A DNA stretch of 42,194 bases from Nemertoderma westbladi. Its lineage: Eukaryota; Animalia; Xenacoelomorpha. The position numbers and the translations under genes are program-made. The DNA is taken from positions 1 to 42,194 of the forward strand of contig JAUCBJ010002718.1 in the NCBI GenBank assembly GCA_032718475.1. The letters are read 5' to 3'. The notes under the pieces are model-generated. The model searched no databases. It worked only from the letters and a program-made list of their open reading frames with translations, and was not told the origin of the DNA. Each line of letters opens with the position of its first letter. Position 1 is the first letter of the stretch. This document shows positions 1 through 10,599 of this stretch, piece by piece.

Positions 1-60
1 ATAATCGGACCTTAAGTTTCCGATTAATTCTCGGTGACTTCCAAATCCTGGAAAGCCTAA

Positions 61-3000
61 CACACTCGCCACCGCAACACACTCACCACCGCAACACACT
101 CACCACAGCTATTCTATGTTCGGATCGCACCGCAACACACTCACCACAGCTATTCTATGTTCGGGTTGGGACGCACCGCACCACACTCACCACAACTATT
201 ATATGTTCGGATCGCACCGCAACACACTCACCACAGCTATTCTATGTTCGGATCGCACCGCAACACACTCACCACAGCTATTCTATGTTCGGGTTGGGAC
301 GCACCGCACCACACTCACCACAACTATTCTATGTTCGGATCGCACCGCACCACACTCACCACAACTATTCTATGTTCGGGTTGGGACGCACCGCACCACA
401 CTCACCACAGCTATTCTATGTTCGGGTTGGGACGAACTGCACCACACTCACCACAGCTATTCAATGTTCGGATCGCACCGCACCACACTCACCACAACTA
501 TTCTATGTTCGGGTTGGGACGCACCGCACCACACTCACCACAGCTTTCTATGTTCGGGTTGGGACGAACCGCACCACACTCACCACAACTATTCTATGTT
601 CGGATCGCACCGCAACACACTCACCACAGCTATTCTATGTTCGGATCGCACCGCAACACACTCACCACAGCTATTCTATGTTCGGATCGCACCGCACCAC
701 ACTCACCACAGCTATTCTATGTTCGGGTTGGGACGCACCGCACCACACTCACCACAGCTATTCTATGTTCGGGTTGGGATGCACCGCAACACACTCACCA
801 CAGCTATTCTATGTTCGGGTTGGGACGCACCGCAACACACTCACCACAGCTATTCTATGTTCGGGTTGGGACGCACCGCACCACACTCACCACAGCTATT
901 CTATCTTCGGGTTGGGACGCACCGCACCACACTCACCACAGCTATTCTATGTTCGGATCGCACCGCACCACACTCACCACAGCTATTCTATGTTCGGGTT
1001 GGGACGCACCGCACCACACTCACCACAGCTATTCTATGTTCGGGTTGGGATGCACCGCAACACACTCACCACAGCTATTCTATGTTCGGGTTGGGACGCA
1101 CCGCAACACACTCACCACAGCTATTCTATGTTCGGGTTGGGACGCACCGCACCACACTCACCACAGCTATTCTATCTTCGGGTTGGGACGCACCGCACCA
1201 CACTCACCACAACTATTCTATGTTCGGATCGCACGACAACACACTCACCACAGCTATTCTATGTTCGGGTTGGGACGCACCGCACCACACTCACCACAGC
1301 TATTCTATGTTCGGGTTGGGATGCACCGCAACACACTCACCACAGCTATTCTATGTTCGGGTTGGGACGCACCGCACCACACTCACCACAACTATTATAT
1401 GTTCGGATCGCACCGCAACACACTCACCACAGCTATTCTATGTTCGGATCGCACCGCAACACACTCACCACAGCTATTCTATGTTCGGGTTGGGACGCAC
1501 CGCACCACACTCACCACAACTATTCTATGTTCGGATCGCACCGCACCACACTCACCACAACTATTCTATGTTCGGGTTGGGACGCACCGCACCACACTCA
1601 CCACAGCTATTCTATGTTCGGGTTGGGACGAACTGCACCACACTCACCACAGCTATTCTATGTTCGGATCGCACCGCACCACACTCACCACAACTATTCT
1701 ATGTTCGGGTTGGGACGCACCGCACCACACTCACCACAGCTTTCTATGTTCGGGTTGGGACGAACCGCACCACACTCACCACAACTATTCTATGTTCGGA
1801 TCGCACCGCAACACACTCACCACAGCTATTCTATGTTCGGATCGCACCGCAACACACTCACCACAGCTATTCTATGTTCGGATCGCACCGCACCACACTC
1901 ACCACAGCTATTCTATGTTCGGGTTGGGACGCACCGCACCACACTCACCACAGCTATTCTATGTTCGGGTTGGGATGCACCGCAACACACTCACCACAGC
2001 TATTCTATGTTCGGGTTGGGACGCACCGCAACACACTCACCACAGCTATTCTATGTTCGGGTTGGGACGCACCGCACCACACTCACCACAGCTATTCTAT
2101 CTTCGGGTTGGGACGCACCGCACCACACTCACCACAGCTATTCTATGTTCGGATCGCACCGCACCACACTCACCACAGCTATTCTATGTTCGGGTTGGGA
2201 CGCACCGCACCACACTCACCACAGCTATTCTATGTTCGGGTTGGGATGCACCGCAACACACTCACCACAGCTATTCTATGTTCGGGTTGGGACGCACCGC
2301 AACACACTCACCACAGCTATTCTATGTTCGGGTTGGGACGCACCGCACCACACTCACCACAGCTATTCTATCTTCGGGTTGGGACGCACCGCACCACACT
2401 CACCACAACTATTCTATGTTCGGATCGCACGACAACACACTCACCACAGCTATTCTATGTTCGGGTTGGGACGCACCGCACCACACTCACCACAGCTATT
2501 CTATGTTCGGATCGCACCGCAACACACTCACCACAGCTATTCTATGTTCGGGTTGGGACGCACCGCACCACACTCACCACAACTATTATATGTTCGGATC
2601 GCACCGCAACACACTCACCACAGCTATTCTATGTTCGGATCGCACCGCAACACACTCACCACAGCTATTCTATGTTCGGGTTGGGACGCACCGCACCACA
2701 CTCACCACAACTATTCTATGTTCGGATCGCACCGCACCACACTCACCACAACTATTCTATGTTCGGGTTGGGACGCACCGCACCACACTCACCACAGCTA
2801 TTCTATGTTCGGGTTGGGACGAACTGCACCACACTCACCACAGCTATTCTATGTTCGGATCGCACCGCACCACACTCACCACAACTATTCTATGTTCGGG
2901 TTGGGACGCACCGCACCACACTCACCACAGCTTTCTATGTTCGGGTTGGGACGAACCGCACCACACTCACCACAACTATTCTATGTTCGGATCGCACCGC

Positions 3001-3990
3001 AACACACTCACCACAGCTATTCTATGTTCGGATCGCACCGCAACACACTCACCACAGCTATTCTATGTTCGGATCGCACCGCACCACACTCACCACAGCT
3101 ATTCTATGTTCGGGTTGGGACGCACCGCACCACACTCACCACAGCTATTCTATGTTCGGGTTGGGATGCACCGCAACACACTCACCACAGCTATTCTATG
3201 TTCGGGTTGGGACGCACCGCAACACACTCACCACAGCTATTCTATGTTCGGGTTGGGACGCACCGCACCACACTCACCACAGCTATTCTATGTTCGGATC
3301 GCACCGCAACACACTCACCACAGCTATTCTATGTTCGGATCGCACCGCAACACACTCACCACAGCTATTATATGTTCGGATCGCACCGCACCACACTCAC
3401 CACAGCTATTCTATGTTCGGGTTGGGACGCACCGCACCACACTCACCACAACTATTCTATGTTCGGATCGCACCGCAACACACTCACCACAGCTATTCTA
3501 TGTTCGGATCGCACCGCAACACACTCACCACAGCTATTCTATGTTCGGATCGCACCGCACCACACTCACCACAGCTATTCTATGTTCGGGTTGGGACGCA
3601 CCGCACCACACTCACCACAGCTATTCTATGTTCGGGTTGGGATGCACCGCAACACACTCACCACAGCTATTCTATGTTCGGGTTGGGACGCACCGCAACA
3701 CACTCACCACAGCTATTCTATGTTCGGGTTGGGACGCACCGCAACACACTCACCACAGCTATTCTATGTTCGGGTTGGGACGCACCGCACCACACTCACC
3801 ACAGCTATTCTATCTTCGGGTTGGGACGCACCGCACCACACTCACCACAGCTATTCTATGTTCGGATCGCACCGCACCACACTCACCACAGCTATTCTAT
3901 CTTCGGGTTGGGATGCACCGCACCACACTCACCACAGCTATTCTATGTTCGGGTTGGGACGCACCGCACCACACTCACCACAGCTATTCT
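61..3990. repeat. Tandem satellite of interleaved 46-bp and 41-bp monomers with a ~1.19-kb higher-order repeat
   Basis: Monomers GCACCGCACCACACTCACCACAGCTATTCTATGTTCGGGTTGGGAC (46 bp) and GCACCGCAACACACTCACCACAGCTATTCTATGTTCGGATC (41 bp). Rare variants recur at 1196- and 1191-bp spacing. The + strand has no stop codon in any frame, which explains the three ~1300-aa ORFs. Confidence 0.97.
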
Positions 3991-4029
3991 ACATCTATTC
4001 AAAGTTTGAAAGCGATAAAATATGGAGGA

Positions 4030-5316
4030 CACGAAGTGGGGCCTTCGCGCAGCACGTGACTTAAATTTAATTTAAGTACTAATTCGAAAGTATTACTGTA
4101 TTAGCAAATTTTAAGCAGATTTCGCCTAATCACTTTTTACCTCTTTCATTTCTATTCAGACATTTCTGACTCTAGCGGTATAGTGAGAACTGAAGATGGT
4201 TTAGGGTCTCCAGCCCCACAAAGACACAGCCTATGGATGAATAGTACATACGTACATCGGCCAAGTTTCATCTTGAATAACGGATAACGAAATGAGAGAC
4301 GGATCTCACTTTCAGAAATTTCGTCGTATAGCGGCAGACCGATTAAATCTCCCCCCCCCCCCCCCCCCCCCCCCCACAAAGACGCAGCATGTGGTCCAGA
4401 ATATATGGCAAGATTCAGCTTAAACTGATTAAAATCAATGAGACGGGAGAATCTATTCACTTTCAGGCATAAAGTAGTCCTATAGCGGGTGACTGTTGAA
4501 CTGATTTTCAACAAAACAAATTTTCAACTTGGCAGCTTTAAATTCGACAAAGTTATAAGCATGTCAATATCATAACGACGACAACGATTTCACTTTCAGA
4601 CCTTTGGCCCTCTAGCGGCAGACTGGAGAACTGCAGATGGATTCGCCTCCTTTGAAAGTCACAGCTAATGGTCTAATACATATCTGCCAAGTTTCAGCTT
4701 AAACGGATTAAAACCAAAGAAATGGGAGGGCATTTAATGTTTAGACATGTGGCCCTCTAGCGGGAGACCATTGCACTGATGGTGTCTGAAAGTCTCTCAA
4801 AAATCTCAACTTTAGCTCATATTGATACCTACAAATTTTCAACTTGGCAGCTTTAAATCCGACAAAGTTATTAGCATGTCAAAATCGTAACGACGACAAC
4901 GATTTCACTTTCAGACCTTTGGCCCTCTAGCGGCAGACTGGAGAACTGCAGATGGATTCGCCTCCTTTGAAAGTCACAGCTAATGGTCTAATACATATCT
5001 GCCAAGTTTCAGCTTAAACGGATTAAAATCAAAGAAATGGGAGGGCATTTAATGTTTAGACATGTGGCCCTCTAGCGGGAGACCATTGCACTGATGGTGT
5101 CTGAAAGTCTCTCAAAAATCTCAACTTTTGCTCATATTGATACCTACAAATTTTCAACTTGGCAGCTTTAAATCCGACAAAGTTATTAGCATGTCAAAAT
5201 CGTAACGACGACGACGACAACGACGACGACGACAACTATTTGCATAAATTGACCCACCCCCTAACAGTATCAATTCGCTAAGGCTCCGCCAACTTCGTGG
5301 CTCGCCCCACAAACTA
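4030..5316 (+). mobile_element. Non-autonomous interspersed element with internal 315-bp tandem units and a (GAC)n tract; Helentron/HINE-like architecture
   Basis: AACTTGGCAG recurs at 4526, 4841 and 5156 (315-bp period), and each unit has two related ~155-bp subunits. A near-identical inverted copy of ~5021-5316 lies at 41874-42194, and a diverged copy at ~28935-29330. The left boundary is approximate. The family is inferred from architecture only. Confidence 0.6.
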
Positions 5317-5629
5317 TATATATATTTCACAAATAGCACGGGCACAACAACAGTCAACTAATAAGGGCAACTCACAATTACAAATGACGATGACATATCA
5401 ATAATTGTCCAAAATAATATTACTTATCCATATATTTTTTAGAAAAGTTATACTTATACTGTATGTGTAATTTGTAAAAAAATCGTGGGGTGTGTGGGGG
5501 GGGGGGGGTACATATTCAATGTACCTGACGTAAGACGCTCCAGTATTCCGCTCCTTGACAATGTTACATTGTAGGTATATGACTAAGGCATTATCTAATA
5601 CTAATAGTTAGTTAGGTATGAGTGTCGAG

Positions 5630-5740
5630 TACTTTCTGGAGCCGCCTCTTAAAGGACACTGGCCTTGAAGATGCGGATGATCTAGACAATGTCATGGGCG
5701 ATAGGGAGTTGTGGTGGCGCAGTTTTGTCGACAGACAAGC
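5630..5740 (+). mobile_element. 5'-truncated 3' end of a non-LTR retrotransposon ORF (RTE-clade-like)
   Basis: Translation TFWSRLLKDTGLEDADDLDNVMGDRELWWRSFV resembles the C-terminal 'L..DTGL....L...M.DR..WR' pattern of RTE-type reverse transcriptases. Recognised from memory, not searched. Confidence 0.5.
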
Positions 5741-5957
5741 CGGCACTGCTTTCTTAATATATGTAATATATAATGCAGCTGCTATACATCATGCCGATAG
5801 TGGTGGTGGTAATTAGGTATCGCCTGAGTACGAATATAATACATAATACAGTTACTTAATACTTAATATCTATATATTAAACGTAAGATAAAAAATAAGG
5901 CTCGGTTTATTTACGGATGTGTATATGAAAGCTACGTAGAACCGCGCGCGTCTGTGT

Positions 5958-6928
5958 TAGTGCTGCGAACTGAAATAAAAGTGGAATAGATTCGGTTTCA
6001 GTTCGAATTAACCTGGTTATTGCAGTTCAAGTTCCCAAAAAAATAGCTTCGTTTTCAGATATAGTTTCAAAAAATGTCTTAAAATACATAATTAGGATGC
6101 GTGGCTAATCGTTTGGTAGTGAATTTGAATATCACCAACCGATGGACCACGGCTGTTATTTTTTATATTTTTCTTGAAAATAACCGGAATTGTTATAATA
6201 ATAATTATTATTTATATAGCGCTTTTCTACGCTCGGCATACTAAAAGTACTTTTATTATTATTACCCCAGCTAAGCCAGGTTCCCGTTATACCGCCTAAC
6301 GACTAAAGTGTTTTGCCTAGGGGCACAACAGTGTGAAATTCCTACAACCTTAGTCGGATTTTAACCATTGCATTACCCAATGCGTGGCGTTGGGTAATAC
6401 AATGAAATAAAACTAAGTCTTACTTGAGAATAATAATAACCATTATCCCTTACAAACCCTTTGACGTATAATTGACCACTCTCGCTCGAAAATTTATACA
6501 TAATCAGGGTCACGAGAAGAAATGCGAAAGAAAAGAAAATTTAGTTTTTACTGATATTCTTCTGCCCACGTTTTGTCATGTTTGGGCTTTACTTTGCTAA
6601 AAGAAATTGAAAATTGTAAAAATTTCATATTTTCCTGTAGGTTTATTTTATTTTTTTATTGCATAATATTAGGCGTACTTTTAATAATTAACATAATAAA
6701 GCAATAAAGTTATTTATTCAAAAAATGAAATATTTATTTATAGACGAATAATTATTGTACTGTTTGTATTTTTATTTCCAATTTATAAGTTATACTTTCT
6801 GCTTTAAATCTTGGGTACCTAACTCAATTCTAGTTCCAGTTCCAGTATTCTAAAATATCAAGTTTCAGTTCAGAAAAAATGCCAAAAATAATTTCAGTTC
6901 CAATTTAGTTTTCAGCTCATAGTAACTA
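5958..6928. mobile_element. Old hAT-like non-autonomous element with nested insertions
   Basis: Imperfect TIRs TAGTGCTGCGAACTGAAA / TTTCAGCTCATAGTAACTA. The flanking 8-mers GTCTGTGT (5950-5957) and GTCTGCAT (6929-6936) match 6/8, consistent with a decayed 8-bp TSD. TTCAGTTC subterminal repeats occur at both ends. Confidence 0.5.
6195..6335 (-). mobile_element. SINE fragment with an L2-like tail
   Basis: The minus strand near 6306-6330 resembles the conserved SINE core TGTGTCCTTGGGCAAGACACTT. It ends in AAGCGCTATATAAAT plus an (AAT)n tail. Confidence 0.45.
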
Positions 6929-7005
6929 GTCTGCATTAAATAGTCGTCAATTGTACGATAACTGTACCTACTTAATACATATTGCCATTGTATAACAACT
7001 CTAAG

Positions 7006-7761
7006 TTACTCCTCATAAAGTTTAGGTGACTCCTCTTCCATTCTCTTCCGAGCCGCTTCTTCCCCGCAGTTCTTCCTAAAGGCAACTCTCGCCTCTCGTT
7101 CTATGCGCAATCTAATGTAATGTTTAACGTAGTGCGGGTAATAGAAGCGGTACCTCCTCCACGTTTTGTTTAGATGGGGCGGTACGGCGTGGGGTTTAAA
7201 CGTCCTTCTGTAACGGAAACCAAACACATTGAATGCGTAGGCCCATTGTGGCTGCGGTAGTTCCCCAGTCTCTAGAAGACTTATCGCCGTGTGCCGTTCG
7301 TCTATAACCTGTTTTATGTTCTGCATAGACTGTTGCACCTTCCAGAAACGATCCGATCCAGGTGGGTCTCTACTAGAGTTCTTAGAATAATGCCAAAACA
7401 TTGTTAGCACCATATTCTTCTCTTTAAGTAACACGTACCACAGTTTGTGGAGGTCTGTGTCACTCTTTAGTCGTAATTCCTCTACCAGCCATGGTCGACC
7501 AGAATGAATTTCGAACTTTTGGAAATTTTCGGGATTGTCAAAGAATTCCTGAATATGGTGACGGTTAGATGAAGTCGCTATTGATGCAGTTAGACTACCG
7601 GTTGCGATAGAGATAACTGTGGGAACCCGATTGAACATAGTGCCCCGTACATGACGCTGGAGTTTGTTAATACCTAATTCTTTGATTGCGAGGCCCGAAC
7701 TTATAGGTTTAACGTTCGAATAAAGTTGTTTCCATCGAGTGCAGGTTGCAAGAAACGCCAT
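7006..7761 (-). CDS. MRPL47: 39S mitochondrial ribosomal protein L47 (uL29m), 251 aa, single-exon CDS
   Basis: Motif IQEFFDNPENF...SGRPWLVEELRLKSDTDLHKLWYVLLKEKNMVLTM, followed by DRFWKVQQSM...LLETGE. The basic, Ser/Thr-rich N-terminus fits a mitochondrial presequence, and the length is typical of the full protein. Confidence 0.95.
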   Translation of the reverse strand: MAFLATCTRWKQLYSNVKPISSGLAIKELGINKLQRHVRGTMFNRVPTVISIATGSLTASIATSSNRHHIQEFFDNPENFQKFEIHSGRPWLVEELRLKSDTDLHKLWYVLLKEKNMVLTMFWHYSKNSSRDPPGSDRFWKVQQSMQNIKQVIDERHTAISLLETGELPQPQWAYAFNVFGFRYRRTFKPHAVPPHLNKTWRRYRFYYPHYVKHYIRLRIEREARVAFRKNCGEEAARKRMEEESPKLYEE

Positions 7762-7854
7762 ACCGCTGTACTCTGACTGGTTACAGTTCCCAAATCAGTT
7801 ACATTGAATCGACGAAAAGGTAAATACAGAAATAATAATAATAATAATAATGCA

Positions 7855-7945
7855 GAAATACTGTAGTCCTGGTAGTACAGTAGTAGGCCTACCTACAGCT
7901 GTGTGTACCAGGTGCCAGGGTACAGGTACCACTACTAACTATCCT
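7855..7945. promoter_or_regulatory. Promoter-proximal tract rich in TA-bounded short words upstream of MRPL47
   Basis: TACTGTA, TACAGTA, TAGGCCTA (7884) and GGTACC are packed into ~90 bp, 100-190 bp upstream of the ATG. The promoter role is inferred from position. Confidence 0.4.
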
Positions 7946-7947
7946 AA

Positions 7948-8225
7948 GACCCGTTCACATCCAACGGAATGGTACACCGCTGACTGAGAACGACCCAACT
8001 GGTAGTTGTGCGCCAAATCGCGCGATTTACCGCAGCCCATTTAAACAATGTTAAAACAATTAATGTAATTTCCTGTTGAATTCACAGTCGACAGATAAAC
8101 TATAAGTTACCGCAACGGTACCGTTGGGGGTGAACGGGCTCCGGGTAGTAGTGTACCGCTGGCTTACCGCTTCAATACCGCCAGACTACTTTGCCTCTCA
8201 CGCACCGTTGGATGTGAACTGGGCT
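7948..8225. mobile_element. ~280-bp MITE, PIF/Harbinger-like
   Basis: TIRs CCCGTTCACATCCAACGG / CCGTTGGATGTGAACTGGG are flanked by TAA and TTA. An internal TIR-like copy lies near 8121-8140. An inverted partial second copy lies at ~28166-28378. Confidence 0.7.
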
Positions 8226-8439
8226 TTAATCGGCGTGTCTGTTGATGTGTGGTTCTGTCGCGTTCAATATTTTAAGGTGGTGTTTTTTTAATTTGTTTAT
8301 ATCTCCAATATGGTTGAAAATTGCTCATAAATCTATATACAGTACCATCGAAAGGTGATTGAACTAAAGTAAATAAAAATGTGAATACAAAATTTTTTTA
8401 GCGCCCCCTAGCGGCTGGCGTAAAATTAAAAAATTTCGC

Positions 8440-8770
8440 TAAAAAGACTATACTCCTCCGTTATTTCCCATTTTCATTTTTCGATAACACATTTTTTGGA
8501 ACCAGCATGTAAAATTTCATCATATTCTTCGGCCACTTTTTTTATTTTCATTTTCTATTTCTGATAATTGGCAATTTTGTAAAAAATAATTCAACATTTT
8601 TTAAAAATTGAAAAAATCCACGATTTTTATGTTGTTTTTTTTTAAATGCAGAAATATTCCGAAATCAAAAAAAAGCGGCCGAAGAATATTAAAGCTTATT
8701 AAATTTCCTTTCATAAAAATCAAAAATCACAAAAAAAAGGTTAAAAAAAAATGGCGGATGAGTAGTGTTT
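8440..8770. repeat. Degenerate foldback (inverted-repeat) segment of an AT-rich DNA element
   Basis: ATATTCTTCGGCCACTTTTTTT (~8522) pairs with AAAAAAAGCGGCCGAAGAATAT (~8668). TACTCCTCCGTTATTT (~8451) pairs with AAATGGCGGATGAGTA (~8749). Confidence 0.55.
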
Positions 8771-9014
8771 TTGTGTGAAAAAATGTAATTCCGAGATAAT
8801 TGCCTTTGAAGTTGGAACCTTCCCGCGCAAAAACTGTCTGTTAATATGTGATAATGTCTGTTAATATATATCTAGCAACACGAAAGCACAAAACCATGCT
8901 CAGATTTTAGCTACTATATGGGAGTTTTCCTGGTCGCTGATTTCATTTCTGAGGTCAGTGTTCACTTTTAATGAAACGGTTCAACTGTGCATGTATTACA
9001 GTAGTAATAATTTA

Positions 9015-9260
9015 TATTAATAAAAAATAATTATTTATTACATTGGAAAAAACCAGCTTTTTTTCTTTATTCTCGTGGCATTTTATTTAACGAGAGCAAG
9101 CGACGTTAATAAAGGGTCGAGAGAATATTGAAAAAAATGTTCTACATTTTTTTCCCATGTAATACGTAATTTTATTCTTAAATTGGTACTTTTATTGTTG
9201 CTCAATTCTTTAATAAAAATATAGAGCGATATAGTGTTACAAAATAAATTGAACTGTTGT
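9015..9260. repeat. Palindromic interspersed repeat; its right part recurs inside the arms of the 4.1-kb foldback
   Basis: ATTACATTGGAAAAAA pairs with TTTTTTCCCATGTAAT. The segment 9150-9260 aligns with ~23783-23905 and, inverted, with ~25910-26030. Confidence 0.6.
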
Positions 9261-9359
9261 ATTTTACTATATTACTTCCATAGTTACTGAAATTTAAATT
9301 ACTGCACTCTTCAATTTCTGATGCTGCCTTACTCAATGTTTTCATCGTTTCAAAGTTTC

Positions 9360-9565
9360 GTAAGTTTTAATATTTCATACAAATTGAGTCACCTCAACGC
9401 CTAAAATATATTACTTTTAAAACACCGCCAATTCTGTCAATACCTGCCTGAAATTTCCTCTGTGCGCCTTTTGGTTGGGGTGTAGATTGAGAAGGGGGTT
9501 GACGTTGATTGGGAGGAACTTTCCCCTCTTCTTTGATTTATGGGCGGTTTGGTTAAATTTTTTAA
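9360..9565 (+). repeat. ~200-bp dispersed repeat, copy 1
   Basis: Reverse-complement similarity to 15708-15922, e.g. GGAGGAACTTTCCCCTCTTCTTTGATTTA vs TAAATCAAAGAAGAGAGGAAAGTTCCCTCC. Confidence 0.75.
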
Positions 9566-10599
9566 ATGCCGATTTTGTGATAGAATTGCTCAATTTTAAT
9601 TTGTATCCCATAACTGAGCCTCGCGCTGCGCGAAGGCCCCACGAACGTGTACCAGTGTAGGCCTACCTTACGGAATATCAAAGTTAACTTATCTCACTAC
9701 TCAGCTAGTTAGTGCATTACCTACTGTACTGCTTGGTAATTCTAGTCGAGGGATTAAAGAACGTCGATAACGGATATTGGGGGCGCCCACAGTCGGACGG
9801 ATATCGGCCTGTTTTAGGTGTTAATATTTCGGAAACGCTTATTTCGGAAGTTAACTGTCAACAGACTGTTGACAGTCTGTTGACAACAGTGACACTTCAT
9901 TCACTGTTGACAACAGTGAATGAAGTATGAATTGTGATGGTTGGAGGTTTACAGCCTGTATGGATGGGGGCCGCAGATCGGACGATATGGAGGCGGATTT
10001 AATATTGATTGTCATATCCCGACGGTGGGATATGAACCAGTAGGCCTACATACAAGCGATATTTACGACTTTATGTATAAACTTAATTTCAAAGAAATGA
10101 TGTAGGCCTACAATGGAAACGACTAAAACCGAAACTAATCTAAGCTTAAGTCTGTTTTACAAGTTAAAAGACTAATGATGGCTCCTGTAATAAATTTCCA
10201 ACAAAGTATTGACAAAATTATACCATCATACATTATAATATATTGGCCTCCATCATCCGATGCAAAAATTATAATTCATCAGCCGAAACTATTCACTAGA
10301 GCTTGAGCTCTGTTTACTTGAGTAAACTTACCACTAAATCCGCAGGCATACTAACCATTAACCTATTCCTTGACTGAAACTTAATGAATTAAATTAATTT
10401 ATTATTTTAATTATTACATACTGTATGTGGTGCTTTATTGCACGTCTGATGAGTTAAGTAGCCAACAGCGTGTGTAGTGGTCGTTTCCCTCTACTGTGTT
10501 CATTTTGGCAATTAATTTTTAATCGTTTTTTTTTTTCAAACTTTCAATTACAGCATACCAGGTTCGGTTTGTTCGACATTCTTGGAAATACTACTGGTG

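Noticed and set aside
116-4064. Three overlapping ~1300-aa ORFs
   Set aside because: These are translations of a stop-free satellite. All three frames cycle through the same peptides because the monomer lengths are not multiples of 3.
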